From contig CANRNK010000001.1 in NCBI GenBank assembly GCA_947631985.1, positions 1 to 58,661 of the forward strand: 58,661 nucleotides of DNA, in the 5' to 3' direction. Made by a program: the position numbers and the translations under genes. The notes under the pieces were generated by a model, which saw only the letters and a list, made by a program, of their open reading frames with translations, searched no databases and was not told where the DNA came from. Shown piece after piece: positions 53,864 through 58,661 of this stretch (positions within the stretch are counted from its first letter, which is position 1; every line of letters starts with the position of its first letter). The stretch is from an uncultured Lachnospiraceae bacterium. Lineage in GTDB: Bacteria > Bacillota > Clostridia > Lachnospirales > Lachnospiraceae.

Positions 53864-55377
53864 GCAGAGTAAAATATGTGGCAAAAAATATAGCATTTGG
53901 ATATGTGGGAAATCTGGTCAGTACTGTAATGGGATTTGTACTCAGGACTGTCTTTATCATGAACCTGGATATGACATTACTGGGCGTTGACGGTCTGTAT
54001 GGAAGTGTACTTACTGTGCTGTCTCTGGCGGAACTTGGCATTGGAACGGCGATGAACTTCTCTTTATATAAACCTGTTGCAGAAGGCAACAGGGAGAAGA
54101 TCAAATCCTATATGCAGCTCTATAAAAAGGCTTATTTTATCATTGCAGGCGTAGTTTGTCTGATTGGATTGGCAATTGCACCATTTCTGTCTTTTATTAT
54201 AAAAGAACCCGGGGTGATTAGCCGGAGTGAACTTACCATTTATTATTTTGTGTTTCTTTTCAATACAGTCAGTACCTATTTTGTTGCGTATAAATACAGT
54301 CTGGTCAATGCGCAGCAGAAGAATTATATTCAGACCAATATCCTTACGGTTAGTAAACTACTTACAACGGTTGCGCAGGTCATCGTAATTCTTGTGACGA
54401 AAAGTTTTCTTCTCTATCTACTGAGTGCAGCAGTCATTGAGCTGGCTCAAAAGATTTTTGCCAATTATTATCTCAATCGGTTGTACCCCTATCTTCTGGA
54501 AAAAAATGTTACCAAACTGACCAAAGAAGAGACCAGACCTATTATAGAAAATACAAAAGCATTGATCTACCACAAAGTTGGGGATGTGGCCAGATTACAG
54601 ACAGACAATATTATTATCTCGACTTTTATTAATGTCACTTTGGTTGGGTACATTTCCAATTATAATATGGTTCTGACAGCAGTGTCAGGATTTGTCAATA
54701 TTATCTTTAATTCTGTGTTATCCAGTTTTGGGAATCTGATTGCTACAGAAACGAAAGAGAAGCAGTACCAGATGTTTCGCGTTTATAAGTTTCTGGCTGC
54801 CTGGATCTACGGGTTGTCAGCGATTGGCTTCTATTACCTGCTCTCCCCTTTTATAGCACTTTGCTGGGGGGAAGATATGGTGCTTGGTGGTGCAATTGTA
54901 GCATGCATTCTTACAGATTATTATTTTAAAGGACTCAGAATTGTACAATCTAATTTTAAGACGGCAGCAGGTGTATTTGCGGCGGATCAGTATCTGGCGC
55001 TGATACAAGGAGCAGTTAACCTGGTCATTTCCATTATTCTGGTTCAAAAAATCGGACTGGTTGGCGTCTATATTGGGACAATTATATCTGGGCTGATTGC
55101 TAATTTTACGAAACCCTACCTGATTTATAAAATTTGTTTTGAGAAAAGCGTAGTTGGTTATTATAGGGAGTCAGCAGGATACCTGCTTGTACTCCTGCTT
55201 TCGGCAGTTGCGATTTATCCAATTGCTTCCTATTTTGCACAAACCCTGTCTGCGAAGGGATTTTTAGTAGTATTTTTTGCAATTCTTGTGGTTGTGAATG
55301 CGATCTATTATTTCTTTTTTCATAAATCGCAGGAGTTTCTGTATTTGAAATCACTGATTTTGAAAAAGAGGGGGTAG
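53860..55377 (+). CDS. wzx: MOP-superfamily oligosaccharide flippase (Wzx-like)
   Basis: 505 aa, about 12-14 TMs. ATGA overlap with the pyruvyl transferase gene. N-terminus NIAFGYVGNLVSTVMGFVLR is typical of polysaccharide flippases. Confidence 0.7.
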   Translation: MSRVKYVAKNIAFGYVGNLVSTVMGFVLRTVFIMNLDMTLLGVDGLYGSVLTVLSLAELGIGTAMNFSLYKPVAEGNREKIKSYMQLYKKAYFIIAGVVCLIGLAIAPFLSFIIKEPGVISRSELTIYYFVFLFNTVSTYFVAYKYSLVNAQQKNYIQTNILTVSKLLTTVAQVIVILVTKSFLLYLLSAAVIELAQKIFANYYLNRLYPYLLEKNVTKLTKEETRPIIENTKALIYHKVGDVARLQTDNIIISTFINVTLVGYISNYNMVLTAVSGFVNIIFNSVLSSFGNLIATETKEKQYQMFRVYKFLAAWIYGLSAIGFYYLLSPFIALCWGEDMVLGGAIVACILTDYYFKGLRIVQSNFKTAAGVFAADQYLALIQGAVNLVISIILVQKIGLVGVYIGTIISGLIANFTKPYLIYKICFEKSVVGYYRESAGYLLVLLLSAVAIYPIASYFAQTLSAKGFLVVFFAILVVVNAIYYFFFHKSQEFLYLKSLILKKRG

Positions 55378-55380
55378 AAA

Positions 55381-56451
55381 ATGGTTCTGAAGACAGCAAC
55401 AATGGAACATGCAAAATCGCAATTGAGACAATACCCCTATCAGAATACAGGATGGTATCTTCGAAGAATCGTCAAGGGAATTCTCTTCTCCAAGCCACTC
55501 TATCTGGATCATTATTCCTGGCCAAATGCATTGTTAGGGATGGGGCTTGAACAACAAAATCTTCTTGAACTATTAAAAATTCATTATGACACTTGGATTC
55601 AAAAAGGAATCAGGTTACATTCAACGGACAATGTATTATGTGGGTCGACGCTTCTCTACTTATATGAAGAGACAAAAGAGGAGAGGTATCTTAGTGCAGC
55701 GGATGAGATCATGGAATATTTGGCGGATCATCCAAAAACAGAGAGCGGAATCCTGCCTTATCGTGCAAAGCAGACGGATGAGGTCTTTATTGATACAATT
55801 GGTATCGTGATTCCCTTTCTGGCCCGCTATGCCTGTGCCAGAAAAAATCAGCGCGCTGCACGGATGGCAACAAACCAGCTGATTCAGTTTCTGGAATATG
55901 GAATGGATGCAAGGAGTGGATTGCCTTACCATGGGTATCTGGTCTCGAACCAATGTAAACAAGGAATGATTGGATGGGGAAGAGCCTGTGGATGGTTCTT
56001 GTTTGGGATGGCAGAATATCTTTTCTGGATCAAGAATACAGAATACAATGAAATTTTCCCGGGAGAATATATTAGAATCAGAGAAGCCTGCCTAAAGTTT
56101 CTTGCGGTGGTAGAATCCTATCGCCTGGAAAATGGACATTTTTCCTGGCAGTTGCCCGCAATCGAAGGTCCAGCCGACAGTTCGGCAACCGGTTTGATTA
56201 CCGTGGCGATTCTGCGGCTCGTTCAGGCTGGTATCATGGAAGAAAAAGAAGGATTGCATTTTGCCAATCTGGGTCTGAAGGCAATCGCAACTTCTGAGAA
56301 AAATGGAGAAATTATGGATTGCTCGGCAGAGTGTGAGGGGTTTGGATGTTACCCACAGGTGTATGCTTCGTATCCCTGGTCAGTTGGACCGGCGATTATG
56401 GCGGATGCTCTGTATGACCTGATGATAAGGGGGACACATGATCATCATTAA
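55381..56451 (+). CDS. GH88/GH105-like (unsaturated glucuronyl/rhamnogalacturonyl hydrolase fold) protein, no signal peptide
   Basis: (alpha/alpha)6-type pattern: WPNALLGMGL, DTIGIVIPFLARY, MIGWGRACGWFLFGMAE (compare W-x-R-G-N-G-W of GH88/105), SSATGL. Confidence 0.5.
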   Translation: MVLKTATMEHAKSQLRQYPYQNTGWYLRRIVKGILFSKPLYLDHYSWPNALLGMGLEQQNLLELLKIHYDTWIQKGIRLHSTDNVLCGSTLLYLYEETKEERYLSAADEIMEYLADHPKTESGILPYRAKQTDEVFIDTIGIVIPFLARYACARKNQRAARMATNQLIQFLEYGMDARSGLPYHGYLVSNQCKQGMIGWGRACGWFLFGMAEYLFWIKNTEYNEIFPGEYIRIREACLKFLAVVESYRLENGHFSWQLPAIEGPADSSATGLITVAILRLVQAGIMEEKEGLHFANLGLKAIATSEKNGEIMDCSAECEGFGCYPQVYASYPWSVGPAIMADALYDLMIRGTHDHH

Positions 56452-57328
56452 AATGAGTGGAGGTCTGGGCAACCAGCTCCAGCAGTATGCGCTGTATGAA
56501 AAGTTTAAGTACCAAGGGATAGAAGCCAGATTAGACACAAGCTGGTTTGATAAAAACGTGAAGAAGTATCAAACAAGGGAGTTGGAAATCAAACGGTTCC
56601 CTAAAGTTTTGTTAGAACTGTGCACGATAGAGGAGAAAGAAAAGCTGATTGGAAAAGATACCTTCAAGGATAAAATCATTCGTACTCTGAACAGGCGAAA
56701 CAGTAACGTTTTTCGAGAGTCTGCAATGTATCATCCAGACCTGTTTGAGAAAAGAGATGCCTACCTGGAAGGATACTGGGCATGTGAAAAATATTATGCA
56801 GATATTCTGCCAATGCTTCGAGAAAAGCTTCTTTTTCCAGAAAGTGACAATCCTGTCAATCTGGATACGGTGCTGAAGATGCAACAGGAATGTTCTGTTA
56901 GTGTTCATATCAGGAGAGGCGATTACCTGGACCCCGAAAATGAGGCATTGTTTGGCAATATCTGTACAGAAGACTACTATCAATCCGCAATCGCCTTTTT
57001 TCAAAAAAAAGATCCTGGGACAAGATTTTATCTCTTCTCGGATGACCCTGAGTATGTGAGAGCACATTTTCAAGGAGAGGAAATAGTTGTCGTCGACTGG
57101 AACAAAAGAGAAGACTCCTTCTACGATCTTTACCTGATGAGCATGTGCCAGCATCATATTTGTGCAAATAGTACCTTTAGCTTCTGGGGAGCAAGATTGA
57201 ATCGCAATCCTGAAAAAATCATGATCAGACCATGTAAACATAAAAATACCCAGACCTTTGACCCAGACCTTATGAAAGAGCTTTGGACGGGCTGGACATT
57301 CATTGATGTAGACGGAAGGATACTGTAA
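56438..57328 (+). CDS. GT11 alpha-1,2-fucosyltransferase
   Basis: GGLGNQLQQYALY, VSVHIRRGDY, YLFSDDPEY and ANSTFSFWGA, the four signature motifs of family 11. Confidence 0.85.
   Translation: MIIIKMSGGLGNQLQQYALYEKFKYQGIEARLDTSWFDKNVKKYQTRELEIKRFPKVLLELCTIEEKEKLIGKDTFKDKIIRTLNRRNSNVFRESAMYHPDLFEKRDAYLEGYWACEKYYADILPMLREKLLFPESDNPVNLDTVLKMQQECSVSVHIRRGDYLDPENEALFGNICTEDYYQSAIAFFQKKDPGTRFYLFSDDPEYVRAHFQGEEIVVVDWNKREDSFYDLYLMSMCQHHICANSTFSFWGARLNRNPEKIMIRPCKHKNTQTFDPDLMKELWTGWTFIDVDGRIL
56996..57010 (+). repeat. T6-C-A8 homopolymer pair in the middle of the fucosyltransferase gene
   Basis: GCCTTTTTTCAAAAAAAAGAT, encoding AFFQKKD (about codon 189 of 296). Confidence 0.95.
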
Positions 57329-58314
57329 TGCTACTACTATGTGCACTCATGTTATTTTTGGTTCCGGCATTGCTTGGGATTCTGGTAACTGGAATTAGAA
57401 AAGAAGGCATGAAAGAATGCAAAGAAAATGAAAACAGAATCAGATTATATGAAGAGATTCGTTATGTGTATCTGATTGGGGTAATCACAATGCTGCTTTT
57501 GACTGGTGCGATTGTTCTGGCAGCAGACGCCATGAAGATTGCGTTTCATACTTATGTGTGGAGTTACTGGTGTATCGTTGCGATGCTTGTCCTTGTGGGG
57601 ATTCTGTTATTTCGAAGATGTCTGGAGGAATGTGTCAAAACAATCAGATTCAGGAGAACAGACTGGATTCCTGTAATTCTGTTTTTGCTCCTGATTCCGA
57701 ATCTAATCTGGTTTCTTCCAGATACCAGCAACGATTTGACGATGCAGACGATTCGGACAACCATCTATACGGATCACTTTTTTGAAGCGGACCCAATGAC
57801 AGGTCAGATGTTGTTTGGCAATGTTTCTCTCAATACTAAAATTAACATCCTTCCTTTTTTCTATGCGGGCTTTCTGGGATTAACGCAGGCAACGGCGGGA
57901 ACGTTTTTGTATCTAATTGTGCCGGTATGGGTACTATTTCTGGTTTACCTGGTGTCAGGATTATGGGCGGAACTCTTGTTTCGGGAAAAAGCAAAACAAA
58001 GGGCTGTATTTCTGAGCCTGATTGGAATTCTGTTTTTCTTTGGGAATACCTTGTTCACTTCGCCGTCCTTTCTTCTATTTCATCGCGGCTGGACGGGAGA
58101 AAGCATTTTGGTGCTTGTGATGCTTCCTTTTCTGTTTTATTTGCTGTCGTGCCAGGATACCCTGAAAAAGGCACGCTTCTGGCCGGTTATATTCGTAATG
58201 TTGTCAGTGTATTTTATAGTGCCTGTTCAGGCAGCGAATGGATACCTGCTACTAACGATTGCAATCTGGCTTCTCGCCAAGCTGATATTTTTATTCTATA
58301 AAAAGTTTTTATAA
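57328..58314 (+). CDS. polytopic membrane protein; repeat-unit polymerase (Wzy-like) role is inferred from context only
   Basis: TAATG overlap with the GT11 gene. About 9-10 hydrophobic segments. No family motif recognised. Confidence 0.45.
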   Translation: MLLLCALMLFLVPALLGILVTGIRKEGMKECKENENRIRLYEEIRYVYLIGVITMLLLTGAIVLAADAMKIAFHTYVWSYWCIVAMLVLVGILLFRRCLEECVKTIRFRRTDWIPVILFLLLIPNLIWFLPDTSNDLTMQTIRTTIYTDHFFEADPMTGQMLFGNVSLNTKINILPFFYAGFLGLTQATAGTFLYLIVPVWVLFLVYLVSGLWAELLFREKAKQRAVFLSLIGILFFFGNTLFTSPSFLLFHRGWTGESILVLVMLPFLFYLLSCQDTLKKARFWPVIFVMLSVYFIVPVQAANGYLLLTIAIWLLAKLIFLFYKKFL

Positions 58315-58338
58315 TTGGAAGTGGGTGTGAAAGAAACT

Positions 58339-58661
58339 ATGATAAAAGATGCCTTTACATTAATTGGACATGTGAATCAGACAATCAATCTGTATGGAAA
58401 ATATAATGCCTTATTTTTTGTGGCAATTCTGTTCCTTTTTCTCAAGAAGCAAACAAAAAATACGCAGGGAAAAACAATGGAGAGTGAGGATGTTTTGTTC
58501 TTTCTTAGTTTGTCGGGGCTACTTTTGGTAGCAAATCCGCTGATCATAGCCTTCTTCCTCAAGCTGTTGCCCTACTTTGCAAACTACTGGCAGACCTTGT
58601 GGGTCATACCGGGGTTTTATCTGATTGCACAGGCAGGTGCAACCCTATTTGCACAGCTTGG
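58339..58661 (+). CDS. membrane protein, N-terminal fragment (3' end outside window)
   Basis: ATG at 58339, open to the window end (own translation MIKDAFTLIGHVNQTINLYGKYNALFFVAILFLFLKK...LLLVANPLIIAFFLKLLPYFANYWQTLWVIPGFYLIAQAG). Not in the ORF track because there is no stop in the window. Confidence 0.5.
   Translation, partial: MIKDAFTLIGHVNQTINLYGKYNALFFVAILFLFLKKQTKNTQGKTMESEDVLFFLSLSGLLLVANPLIIAFFLKLLPYFANYWQTLWVIPGFYLIAQAGATLFAQL

Noticed and set aside
56612-57346. 244-aa ORF antisense to the fucosyltransferase gene, long for this AT-rich DNA
   Set aside because: The + strand frame carries all four GT11 signature motifs and is translationally coupled to its neighbours. The antisense product is Cys/Phe/Ile/His-rich with no motif or RBS, so it is most likely a shadow ORF. 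Ribo-seq would be needed to revive it.
33588-58661. Glycan locus as a horizontally acquired island or mobile element
   Set aside because: No transposase, integrase, flanking repeats or obvious base-composition shift is visible by eye. Strain variability can only be judged by comparative genomics.

Overview
Low-GC Firmicutes/Clostridia-type chromosomal window. Gene content and B. subtilis-like synteny suggest a flagellated Lachnospiraceae-like organism, but the taxon is inference only. About 1-33.5 kb is densely packed housekeeping DNA, almost all on the + strand. It holds a YlbF-like fragment; an MltG-N-domain protein with an O-methyltransferase and a peptidase U32; type III glutamine synthetase followed by tRNA-Gln(CUG); an acyl-ACP thioesterase; CvfB; a CPBP protease; a divergent TagA-like protein; a PucR-type regulator; ftsE-ftsX with an M23 peptidase and an S41 Ctp peptidase; uvrB-uvrA with a LexA-type box; mreB/mbl with two flagellar rod genes and a rod-binding protein; recD2; comFC with a yvyF-like gene; two uncharacterised membrane proteins; cdaA-cdaR-glmM; and an HPr-like gene with long-form leuA. 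From about 33.6 kb to the window end lies a large, tightly coupled cell-surface glycan locus in three blocks. It encodes a GT-C/DUF2142-like membrane protein, six further glycosyltransferases (one a GT11 alpha-1,2-fucosyltransferase), a GT2/DUF2304 pair, rfbD, three tandem acyltransferase-3 genes, a divergent AraC regulator next to gmd-fcl-manC, a pyruvyl transferase, a Wzx flippase and a GH88/105-like protein. I see no rRNA, CRISPR, transposase or integrase, and no recognisable defence genes. The best candidates for something under-described are the AraC-linked fucosyl/pyruvyl/O-acyl glycan locus and its odd members, a helically phased 4x decamer array upstream of the HPr-like/leuA promoter, and a membrane-protein pair carrying a perfect in-frame 24-bp tandem repeat upstream of cdaA. 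All protein calls come from reading motifs by eye and from synteny; no searches were run.
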